Positions 26,839 to 35,983 of a DNA stretch of 35,983 nucleotides are shown piece after piece; the stretch's first letter is position 1; every line of letters starts with the position of its first letter. Below the pieces are notes generated by a model. The model was given only the letters and a program-made list of their open reading frames with translations. It did no database searches and had not been told where the DNA came from. A program made the translations under genes and the position numbers. Source of the stretch: Myxococcota bacterium (lineage in GTDB: Bacteria; Myxococcota; JACRCW01); assembly GCA_040752415.1 (NCBI GenBank), contig JBFMGU010000101.1, positions 1 to 35,983 of the forward strand, given 5' to 3'.

Positions 26839-27966
26839 TCACTCCTTGCGCGCGCAGCCCTTCTGGTACCCGGCCTTGCACGCCTTCTCGTAGAAGGACT
26901 GCGCCCGCGCCAGGTCCTTGGTCACCGCCTTGCCCTTCTCGAACACCACGGCCAGCTTGTAGCAGGAGCGCGCCACGCCGCCGTCGCAGGAGTCGGAGAG
27001 CATCTGCACGCCCTTGTCGGCGCGCATCTCGTCGTCATCACGCAGGTACGCGGCGCCCGCGGCGTAGCACGCCTTGGCATCCGCGCCGTCCACGCACTTC
27101 TGGCGCAGCATCTCCACCACCACGCCGTCCACCGGCACCGCGCCCGCCTCCACGCACGCCCACGCGTCACCCAGACCGCAGGCCTGCTTGAAGAGGTCCA
27201 TGGCCACGTCCTCATCCATGCCCATGCCCTGGCCCGCCATGCGCATCCTGCCCAGGGAGACGCAGCTCTCCGCGTGGTCCATCTCGCAGCCCTGCCGGAA
27301 GTAGTGCGCGGCCTTCTTGTAGTCCGGCCCGCTCGACGAGGATTCCCCCGTCAGCACCTGGCCCGCGTGGTACAGGCCGCCCAGGCGGTGACACGCCACG
27401 CCGGACTCCAGCCGACACGCCTTCTTGAGCAGCCCCGCCGCCTTGGAAACGTCGGGCGGACCGCCCTTCCCCTCGAGCACCAGCAGGCCCAGGTGGTGGC
27501 ACCCCGCGGCGTTGTCCTCGCTGCAGGCCAGCTTCAGGAGTGGCACCGCCTTGGAATAGCTGGCCTCCACGCCGTTGCCCTCGATGTACGCCACGCCCAG
27601 CTGGGTGCATGCCTGCACGTCGCCCAGGTTGCAGCCCTTCTGGTTCAGCTCGGCGGCGCGCGCGGGATCCTTCCTGGTGAGCACGCCGCTGCTGAGCTCC
27701 GCGGCCAGGCGGGAACAGGCCGGCCCGTCCTTCAGCGTGCAGCCGCGGTCCAACAGGCTCACCACCCGTCGCGCCACGCGGTCGGTGACGTCCTGTTCCT
27801 CCAGCAGGTAGAAGGCCAGCTCGCGACAGCTCTTGCCGTCGTCGTCGTCACACGCCTTGCCCAGCGCCAGCTCGCGGCCGCTCTTCTTGACCGCGGCGTC
27901 GGCGCGGGGCGCCACGAGGAGCGTGAAGGCGGCCAGCGCCAGCCAGGCGGGGAAACGCGAGGTCAT
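26839..27966 (-). CDS. secreted Sel1-like (Hcp-type, Cys-bridged) repeat protein
   Basis: Signal peptide ending ADA; repeats 'KAC.LG...AC..LG..Y..G.GV..D..KA'. Confidence 0.9.
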   Translation of the reverse strand: MTSRFPAWLALAAFTLLVAPRADAAVKKSGRELALGKACDDDDGKSCRELAFYLLEEQDVTDRVARRVVSLLDRGCTLKDGPACSRLAAELSSGVLTRKDPARAAELNQKGCNLGDVQACTQLGVAYIEGNGVEASYSKAVPLLKLACSEDNAAGCHHLGLLVLEGKGGPPDVSKAAGLLKKACRLESGVACHRLGGLYHAGQVLTGESSSSGPDYKKAAHYFRQGCEMDHAESCVSLGRMRMAGQGMGMDEDVAMDLFKQACGLGDAWACVEAGAVPVDGVVVEMLRQKCVDGADAKACYAAGAAYLRDDDEMRADKGVQMLSDSCDGGVARSCYKLAVVFEKGKAVTKDLARAQSFYEKACKAGYQKGCARKE

Positions 27967-28065
27967 GCAGCCCTCCAGGAACGGACCTTTGTCCCGCGCC
28001 GACGCGCCGGGACGCAAGGGCATCCCTGGCCTGGACGGTGGCGCGGGCGGTAGTGCTGGGGCGCC

Positions 28066-29013
28066 ATGCAACGCACACTCTTCTCCAACGGAAAGATCTT
28101 CACGCCGCAACCCGTGGACTTCGTCGAGGGACAGGGGTTCCGCTGGGTGGACATCCAGGATCCCGACGAGGAGGAGCTCCAGGCGCTGGAGAAGGGCTTC
28201 GGCTTCCACCCGCTGGCCGTGGAGGACTGCCGCCACCTGGACCAGCGCAGCAAGGTCGAGGAGTACGGGACGCACACCTTCGTGGTGCTGCACGTCTACG
28301 CCACCACCGGCAAGGACCCCACCAACCTGCGCCTGCATGAGCTGCACATGTTCGTGGCGCCGCAGCTGCTGGTCACCGTGCACGCGGAGCCCATGACGGC
28401 GGTGGAGCTGGTCTGGGACCGCGCGGTGAAGGGCGACAGCGCGGGCGCGCGGGAGCCGGGCGCGCTGCTGCACCGCATTGCTGACGCCATGGTGGACGAG
28501 ATGTACCCCGCGGTGGACGCGCTCACCGACCTGGCCGACGAGATCACCGAGGAGATCCTGCACCGCGCCGCACCCGGCCAGCTCAAGCGCCTGGCGGACA
28601 TCAAGCGCGCCGTCTCCCTGTTGCGTCGTCTCACCCCGCCGGCACGGGAGGTGCTGAACGTGCTGGCCCATGAACGCATCCCCGGCATTGACGCCCGCGA
28701 CGCGGTCTACTTCCGCGACGTGCTGGACCACCTCTCGGTGCTGCAGCAGCGCATCGACACCTGTCGCGAGTTCGTGGGCGACGCGCGGGACCTCTACCTG
28801 GCCGCGCAGGGCGCCCGCACCAACGAGGTCATGAAGCGGCTCACCGTCATGGCCACGCTGGGCCTGCCGCTGACGTTCCTTTCGGGTTTCTTCGGGATGA
28901 ACTTCACCGCCATCCCCTTTCACGACCCGCGCCTGCTCTACGCCGCGGGCGCGGCCATGATCGGCGTGCCGCTGGGCATGCTGGCCTTCTTCAAGTGGCG
29001 CAACTGGGTGTGA
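28066..29013 (+). CDS. corA: CorA family Mg2+/Co2+ transporter
   Basis: 'WVDI','FHPLAVED','RSKVEEY', 'NEVMKRLTV...LPLTFLSGFFGMNF' with GMN motif and 2 C-terminal TMs. Confidence 0.93.
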   Translation: MQRTLFSNGKIFTPQPVDFVEGQGFRWVDIQDPDEEELQALEKGFGFHPLAVEDCRHLDQRSKVEEYGTHTFVVLHVYATTGKDPTNLRLHELHMFVAPQLLVTVHAEPMTAVELVWDRAVKGDSAGAREPGALLHRIADAMVDEMYPAVDALTDLADEITEEILHRAAPGQLKRLADIKRAVSLLRRLTPPAREVLNVLAHERIPGIDARDAVYFRDVLDHLSVLQQRIDTCREFVGDARDLYLAAQGARTNEVMKRLTVMATLGLPLTFLSGFFGMNFTAIPFHDPRLLYAAGAAMIGVPLGMLAFFKWRNWV

Positions 29014-29244
29014 GCGTTATTCCAGCGTGAGCAGTCCGGGGTGCTGTCGTCGAGATGGTGTCCTCGACGCAACCCCTCAGTGTCAGCCGCGCTTCTCGAC
29101 GCCACCAACGCAGAGCCCGGCGCGGTCAGGTGGTGCAGGCGTGACGCGAGGCCGGGCTTTGGAGCCTTTCCAGGTGGAGCCTCGGCCAGCGCCCGCGGGT
29201 CCCACTCCGTGCCCATCTCGTCGACGCCGTCACCACCGTTCACG

Positions 29245-29643
29245 TCACGCCGGGACCTTGCTCTTCTGTCCCGCCACCGGGGTCTGCACCGGCGGAGCGG
29301 CGCGCGGGCCGCGGGGGATCTCCTTGAGCTCGTGTCTCTCCGGTTTGAGCGCCTGGAGGATGGGCGCCACGCCGTGCACCGGCAGCGCCGCGCCGCAGGT
29401 GAAGATGTCCACCGCCGCATAGCCCAGCTCCGGCCAGGTGTGGATGGACAGATGGGACTCCGCCACCAGCACCACCACCGACGCGCCCTGCGGCTCGAAC
29501 TTGTGCTCCGCCACGTGCAGCGGCGTGGTCCTGGCCGCGCGCGCGGCATCCAGGAGCGCGGACTTGAGCGCGGCCACGTCGTCCAGCAGCGCGGGACGGA
29601 CGCCGTGGAGCTCCAACAGGATGTGGGTGGCCACCGTTTCCAT
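29245..29643 (-). CDS. speD: pyruvoyl-dependent S-adenosylmethionine decarboxylase proenzyme (short class 1B)
   Basis: 'HKFEPQGAS...LVAE|SHLSIHTWPELGYAAVDIFTCG'. Confidence 0.9.
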   Translation of the reverse strand: METVATHILLELHGVRPALLDDVAALKSALLDAARAARTTPLHVAEHKFEPQGASVVVLVAESHLSIHTWPELGYAAVDIFTCGAALPVHGVAPILQALKPERHELKEIPRGPRAAPPVQTPVAGQKSKVPA

Positions 29644-29758
29644 GCCGTCGCATGAGAACCCGCGCCGCCGCTGGCGTCAAACTCCCGGGCCCCCGGCCCC
29701 TCGTGCTAGAGCATGGGTCGTGACCGAGGTCGGCGTGGGGACCGGGAGCCCAGGGGAC

Positions 29759-30996
<1,238 letters not shown>

Positions 30997-31000
<4 letters not shown>

Positions 31001-32850
31001 GCAACACGGTTGAAGCGCGCCACGTCTACCGGCTGGAGGCTCCCGCCATGAAGTTGTGGCCCCTCATCGCCGACACCGGCAAGGTCAACCAGATGGCCGC
31101 GCTCTCGCCCATGCGCTTTGCCATCAGCAACCTCCCCGGCAAGAGCCGCCCGCTCATCAAGGGCGTGACGCGTTTCCTGGGCCAGGACCTGACGTGGGAG
31201 GAGCACCCCTTTGAGTGGGTGGAGGGCGTGCGCTTCGGGGTGCTGCGCACCTTTGACGCCGGGCTGTTCTACGAGCTGAAGGTGGTCTTCTCGGTCCAGC
31301 CCGTCGACGAGAAGACCACCGACGTGGCGGTGGACATCTCCGCGGTGCCGCGCGGCAAGATCCAGGAGATCACCTTCAAGACGGTGGGCATCCCGCAGAT
31401 GGTGCGCGGCTTTGGCAAGGCGTTCCAGGCCATGGCGCGCTACGCGGCGGGGCTGGCGCAGGAGGTGGACCAGGACGCCTGGTATGAGCCGCGCGCGGAG
31501 GTGGTCACTGCGGCGGCCTCGGCGCGCACCGCGCTGCTCAAGGCGGGTTTCTCCGAGGAGAGCGTGGACGGCCTCATCCGCTACCTGGCCGCCCGCCCCG
31601 ACGACCACCTCACCCGCATCCGCCCCTACGAGCTGGCCGCGCCGCTCAAGCTGAGCCGCCTGGACGTGCTGCGGCTGTTCCTGCACGGCACGCGCGCGGG
31701 GCTCTTGTCCATGAGCTGGGACCTGCTCTGCCCGCATTGTCGCGGGGCCAAGCAGCAGACCAGCACGCTGGCCGGCGTGGTCCCGGGCTCCAGCTGCGAC
31801 AGCTGCGGCATCACGTTTGACGTCGAGTTCGACCGCAACGTGGAGGTCACCTTCTCCCCCGCGCCGCACATCCGCAAGGTGGAGGACGTGCGTTTCTGCT
31901 TTGGCGGCCCGTCCATGACGCCACACGTGCGCATGCAGCAGGACCTGGCGCCCGGCGAGACGCGCGAGGTGCAGGTGGCGCTGGCCGACGGTCGCTACCG
32001 GCTGCGCGCGCAGGGCATCCCGGGGAGCGCGGTGCTGGAAGTGGGCATGGTGCACGTGTCCAACAAGGGGCTGATGCCCATTGGGGACAACGTGGTCGAC
32101 GTGGCCTTGGACCCGGTGAGCATCACCGCCACGCCCAGCAGCGGCCTGCCCCGCAGGATGACGCTGAAGCTGCGCAACCTCACCAGCGAGCGCGCCCTGG
32201 TGGTGCTGGAGACGAGCCAGTGGCTGGACGACGCGGCCAGCGCAGCCACGGTGACCTCGCTGATGGAGTTCCGCGACCTGTTCAGCCGCGAGGTGCTCTC
32301 CCCGGGGCAGAACATCAAGGTGGGGCGCGTGACGTTGATGTTCACCGACCTCAAGGGCTCCACCGCGCTCTACGAGCAGGTGGGCGACCCGCGCGCATTT
32401 GCGCTGGTGCGCGAGCACTTCAAGCTGCTCTACGACGCCATCCAGAAGTCGCACGGGGCCATCGTGAAGACCATTGGCGACGCGGTGATGGCCGTGTTCG
32501 ACAAGCCCTACGACGCGCTGGATTGCGCGCTGGAGATCCAACGTCGGGCGCTGGACCTCAACAAGCCCGGGGAGCCACCCACGATCATCAAGATCGGCGT
32601 GCACAGCGGGCCGGCGCTGGCGGTGGAGCAGAACGAGAAGCTGGACTACTTCGGCAACACGGTGAACGTGGCGGCGCGCACGCAGAATGAGAGCGTGGGC
32701 TGGGACGTGGTGATCACCGACGGAATCCTGGCCGACTCCCGCTGCGACGACCTGGCGCGCAGCGTGGAAGGCGAGACGTTCGAGGCGGACCTCAAGGGCA
32801 TCAAGGGGAAGACCCGGCTGTACCGCCTGTGGCCGGTGGGTCGTCGCTGA
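30997..32850 (+). CDS. class III adenylate cyclase with N-terminal SRPBCC-like and central DUF5939-like (CxxC..CxxC) domains
   Basis: FTDLKGST, VKTIGDAVM, LDYFGNTVNVAAR (Lys/Asp imply ATP specificity); CPHC...CDSC. Confidence 0.88.
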
Positions 32851-32924
32851 AGGCGGATGGAGCTCTTGGGTGGTGGCGGGTTGGCCACCACCACCACCCC
32901 CCACGACTCCAGCGGGTCGAACGA

Positions 32925-32956
32925 CAAGAGGGCGGACGGTGAGGTCCACCCTCTTG
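32925..32956 (-). terminator. hairpin between convergent cyclase and Fe-S carrier genes, possible terminator
   Basis: CAAGAGGG-C-GGAC/GGTGAG/GTCC-A-CCCTCTTG; 13-bp stem whose single mismatch is G-U on the minus strand; weak U tail. Confidence 0.5.
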
Positions 32957-32981
32957 CGGGAATCACCTTGACGACGTCAGT

Positions 32982-33410
32982 TCAGACCGAGAAGCTGCTG
33001 CCACACCCGCAGGTGCGCTTGGCATTGGGGTTCTCGAACTTGAACCCCGCGCCCTGCAGCGTCTCGATGTAATCCAGCCGGGTCCCGGTCAGGTAACCGG
33101 CGCTGAAGCGGTCGCAGTAGAGCTTGGCGCTGTGCTGCTCGCTGAGGAGGTCGTCATCCTCGGGCGCCTCCACGAAGTCCAGGCCGTACTGGAAGCCGGA
33201 GCAGCCACCGCCCACCACGGACACGCGCACGCCGACGTAGCTCTTGCCGGTCTGCTCGCCCTCGAGCTTGATGGCTTCCAGGATCTTCTCCGCCGCCCGC
33301 GCCGTCAGCAGGAGCGGGAAGTCGCCCAGCCCCTCGTGCGCAACGGGCTCCGCCGTCTGGGTGGCCGGTGCGGCACAGCTTTCCGCGGAGGATGCAGTCT
33401 GGGTGGTCAT
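32982..33410 (-). CDS. A-type iron-sulfur carrier (HesB/IscA/ErpA family)
   Basis: GGGCSGFQY and CGCGSSF motifs; GAGGAG RBS. Confidence 0.95.
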   Translation of the reverse strand: MTTQTASSAESCAAPATQTAEPVAHEGLGDFPLLLTARAAEKILEAIKLEGEQTGKSYVGVRVSVVGGGCSGFQYGLDFVEAPEDDDLLSEQHSAKLYCDRFSAGYLTGTRLDYIETLQGAGFKFENPNAKRTCGCGSSFSV

Positions 33411-33580
33411 GAAACGGAACTCCTCAGGATGTGTGTGGTGCTCCCCCCACCCGTCTTGGGCGGCAGGAAGCGCCGGGTATTGACCTACAAGATGTCCGTC
33501 CCGTCAATTGGTTTCAACCCCGGGCGGATCACGACTCCCCGGCGGGGCGGAAACCCGCGCCCTGGCCCCCGCCCACGTCT

Positions 33581-35983
33581 TCAGGGCAGGTCGTCCCGGG
33601 CCCGCGCGCCCTCCCACCACTTGAGCCAGCGGGCCACCGCGGCGTCGCGTTCGTCCTTGGGGGCGTCGTGGAAGTAGCCGTGGTACTCGCCGGTCAGCGC
33701 GTTGAGCTCCCGCATGGCGCTCTGACGCAGCTCCCGCTCGCGGTGGGCCAGGGCGTCCATCATCCACTCCACCCGACGCCGGCTCCCGTTCTCCTCCCAC
33801 CACTTCAGCCACTTCTTCCCGCTGGTGCCGAAGTCCTGCTTGGTCAGCTCCTTGAGCGTGGAGAGCGACTCCGCCGCCAGCCAGCGCTCCTGCCCCTCCA
33901 GCAGGCCCACCAGCCCCGGCACGAAGGACCGGTCCTTGAGCACCCCCGCGGCGGCCAGTGCGGCCCCGCGTCGTCCGGGGTCCGGGCTGGCCAGCGCCTC
34001 CGCCACCAGCGCCAACGCGTCCGACACCGCGCTGCGCAGGTACTGTCGACCCCGCATGCGGTCCAGCACCTGGGCGGCCTGGAAGCGGATGCGGTCCTCC
34101 TCGTCAAAGACGCGCTCGGCCACGTAGCGCACCACGCCGGGGGCGGGCGCCTCATTGGCCAGCGCCACCGCCGCATACCGACCCGCGCGCGCCGCCACCT
34201 GGCTCCCGTGCGCCACCGCCAGCACACACGCGCCGCTGCCCAGCTTGAGCAACAGCTTGATGAGCGGGCCGATGTCCGCGGCGGAGGCGGGGGGCAGCTC
34301 CTGGCCGAACACGTCCACCACCACCGGACCGGGGAACTCGCGGAGCACCTGCGCGGTGGCCAGCCCGCGCCAGACCAGCAGGGTCTCGGTGGCGGCGAGC
34401 GCGTCGGGGCCGCGGGCCAGCGCCCGGCGCACCAGCGAGTCGGTCTCCCCGTCCGGCGGCAACGCCAACAGCTCCTGCGCCAGGGACGTGAGCTCGGCGG
34501 CGGGCGCCTGCTCGGCCAGCACCAGGATGTCGTCGGCGCGGGTGGCGCCGGGAGGGATGTCCGGGGCGGGCGGCGGGACCACCGGCTCCCCGCTGGCGCC
34601 CGACCAGCTGCTCCAATCCGCGGGCGGCGCCTCCGGGATGGGCTCCTGCGGCCCGGACGTGCTCAGGGGCGGCAGGACCGGCGCCACCACACCCCCGGAC
34701 TCCGACCAGCCCGCCGTTCCCGTCGTGGGGGCACCCATCGTCGCCAGGGGGACGGGGGGCATGGTTTCCGCGAGCGCCGCGGCATTGGTGGGGGCGTAGG
34801 GCAACGCCGGCACCTCCACGGTGGAAGGCGGCAGGCCCGGGAGCAGCGAGCTGTTGGAGGGAACGGTCTGCTCCACCAGGTCCACCACCTGGTCCACCGG
34901 CATCAGCACCGTGGCGCGCGCGCCGGGCTCCACCGGGACGGGCGGGGTGGAGCGCTCCGCCACCGCCGTGGGGGCCAGCGGCGGCAGCTCCTCGGCGAGG
35001 GGCACGGGGGGCGGCGGCTCGGACGCGGGAGCGGGCGGCTCGGAGACCAGCGAGACCGGCACGCCGTTCTCCGGCATGGGCTCGACGGGAACCAGGGTGG
35101 GCCGCTCGGGCGCCGGGATGACCGGCAGCTCCTCGCCCGGCGCGGGGAGCGGCGGCAGGGGGGCCAGGCCGGTTGGATCCGCGGGGAGCGCGTCCGGGAC
35201 CACCTCCGGCGCACCCGCGGTGACGACGTCCGGGACCGCAGGCGAGGACTCGACGACGGGCTCCGCCGCCGGCACCGGCCGACGCGGGGCGATCACGAAC
35301 ACGCCGGGCCGCGTGGCCAGCGGGGTGACCTGGGCGTGCGCGGTGGGCGGCGGCAGCGCGGTGTCCAGGAGGGTGGTGGCGGGCGGCTCGGGCTCGGACG
35401 CGGGGGCCTCCGCAGCGACGACCGGCGGGGCCAGCTCCGGGGGCGGAGGCTGCTCGGCGGCGTGGAGCTCCTCCGGATCCGGCTCCGCGGCGACCGTCGG
35501 GGCGAACTCCGGGGCGGGTGGTTGCTCGGCGGCGTGGAGCTCCTCCGGATCCGGCGGCGGCTCCACGATGGGGGGCTCCGGGGGCAGCTCGGCCTCGCGC
35601 GGATCCAGGGTCTGGCCCCGGGCCTCCAGGCGCGCCTTCTTGTGCGCCACGATGAGCTGCTCCAGCGTCCGGCCCAGGAACGGGGTGAGCATCTGGAGCG
35701 CGGCCACGGTGCCGGGTGGGATGGGTCGCTCCCCGCGCTCCCCGTAGAGCACGCCCACCAGCCGGTCCTTCACGAAGAACGGCACCAGCAACGCCGCCTT
35801 GGGATGCGTCCGCCCCAGCGCGGCGGGCAGCGGATCCTCCGGCTTCAGGGGCCCCAGGTAGTGGCTCCCCGCGCCCATCACCACGTCCAGCACGGTGCCC
35901 GGCGTCGGGGTGAGTCGGACGCGGGAGAGCGCGCGCGGCACCTCGCCCGGCCCGATGCTGTCCCAGCCCAGGAACACCCCGCC
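33581..35983 (-). CDS. partial (5' end outside the window) protein: GAF-like segment, long Pro/Glu-rich linker, HEAT repeats (FrgA-like architecture)
   Basis: Frame open to the window edge; 'LLVPFFVKDRLVGVLYGE' is GAF-like; HEAT-like C-terminus 'LKELTKQDFG...WLKWWE'. Confidence 0.75.
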   Translation of the reverse strand, partial: GGVFLGWDSIGPGEVPRALSRVRLTPTPGTVLDVVMGAGSHYLGPLKPEDPLPAALGRTHPKAALLVPFFVKDRLVGVLYGERGERPIPPGTVAALQMLTPFLGRTLEQLIVAHKKARLEARGQTLDPREAELPPEPPIVEPPPDPEELHAAEQPPAPEFAPTVAAEPDPEELHAAEQPPPPELAPPVVAAEAPASEPEPPATTLLDTALPPPTAHAQVTPLATRPGVFVIAPRRPVPAAEPVVESSPAVPDVVTAGAPEVVPDALPADPTGLAPLPPLPAPGEELPVIPAPERPTLVPVEPMPENGVPVSLVSEPPAPASEPPPPVPLAEELPPLAPTAVAERSTPPVPVEPGARATVLMPVDQVVDLVEQTVPSNSSLLPGLPPSTVEVPALPYAPTNAAALAETMPPVPLATMGAPTTGTAGWSESGGVVAPVLPPLSTSGPQEPIPEAPPADWSSWSGASGEPVVPPPAPDIPPGATRADDILVLAEQAPAAELTSLAQELLALPPDGETDSLVRRALARGPDALAATETLLVWRGLATAQVLREFPGPVVVDVFGQELPPASAADIGPLIKLLLKLGSGACVLAVAHGSQVAARAGRYAAVALANEAPAPGVVRYVAERVFDEEDRIRFQAAQVLDRMRGRQYLRSAVSDALALVAEALASPDPGRRGAALAAAGVLKDRSFVPGLVGLLEGQERWLAAESLSTLKELTKQDFGTSGKKWLKWWEENGSRRRVEWMMDALAHRERELRQSAMRELNALTGEYHGYFHDAPKDERDAAVARWLKWWEGARARDDLP
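35451..35555 (-). repeat. in-frame 72-bp-period duplication in the Pro-rich linker
   Basis: TGCTCGGCGGCGTGGAGCTCCTCCGGATCCGGC at 35451-35483 and 35523-35555 (PDPEELHAAEQ x2). Confidence 0.85.

Noticed and set aside
28938..29244. Possible small minus-strand gene between corA and speD
   Set aside because: Overlaps the corA 3' end; no recognisable motif or clear RBS; cannot be supported
33500..33580. tRNA-like fragment (GGTTTCAACCCCGGGCGGATCAC)
   Set aside because: No cloverleaf, canonical TTCGA loop or acceptor stem could be built

Overview
High-GC bacterial DNA, very probably Myxococcota: it has a MYXO-CTERM motif, myxococcal Cys-rich repeats, DUF4388-type response-regulator domains and many GTG/ATGA-coupled genes. 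There are about 26 protein genes. I saw no rRNA, tRNA, CRISPR array, integrase or transposase. Recognisable genes: DUF2914 membrane protein, FmdE-like lipoprotein, tandem REC-DUF4388 regulator, EamA/DMT transporter, PAP2 phosphatase, class II tRNA nucleotidyltransferase, alpha/beta hydrolase, ComEC-type MBL hydrolase, Sel1-like repeat protein, CorA, SpeD, RavA/MoxR AAA+, class III adenylate cyclase, A-type Fe-S carrier and a partial HEAT-repeat protein. The standout is a 9.2-kb gene (14683-23838). It encodes a surface-adhesin half (unknown N-domain, DUF11, 12 Ig-like repeats, 15 Cys-rich repeats) ending in an internal MYXO-CTERM sorting tag. A second signal-peptide-like segment follows in frame, then a TraB-like barrel/TSP3/OmpA half. 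This suggests a possible processed TraA/TraB-like polyprotein, translationally coupled to an OmpA-like/FecR/Fn3 gene. Two notable non-coding elements lie between convergent genes: a ~330-bp REP-containing inverted repeat (7699-8028) whose arm mismatches are all G-U-compatible on one strand, and a four-unit head-to-head AGAAGTC heptamer mosaic (1827-2100). All family calls come from motif recognition by eye, not database searches.
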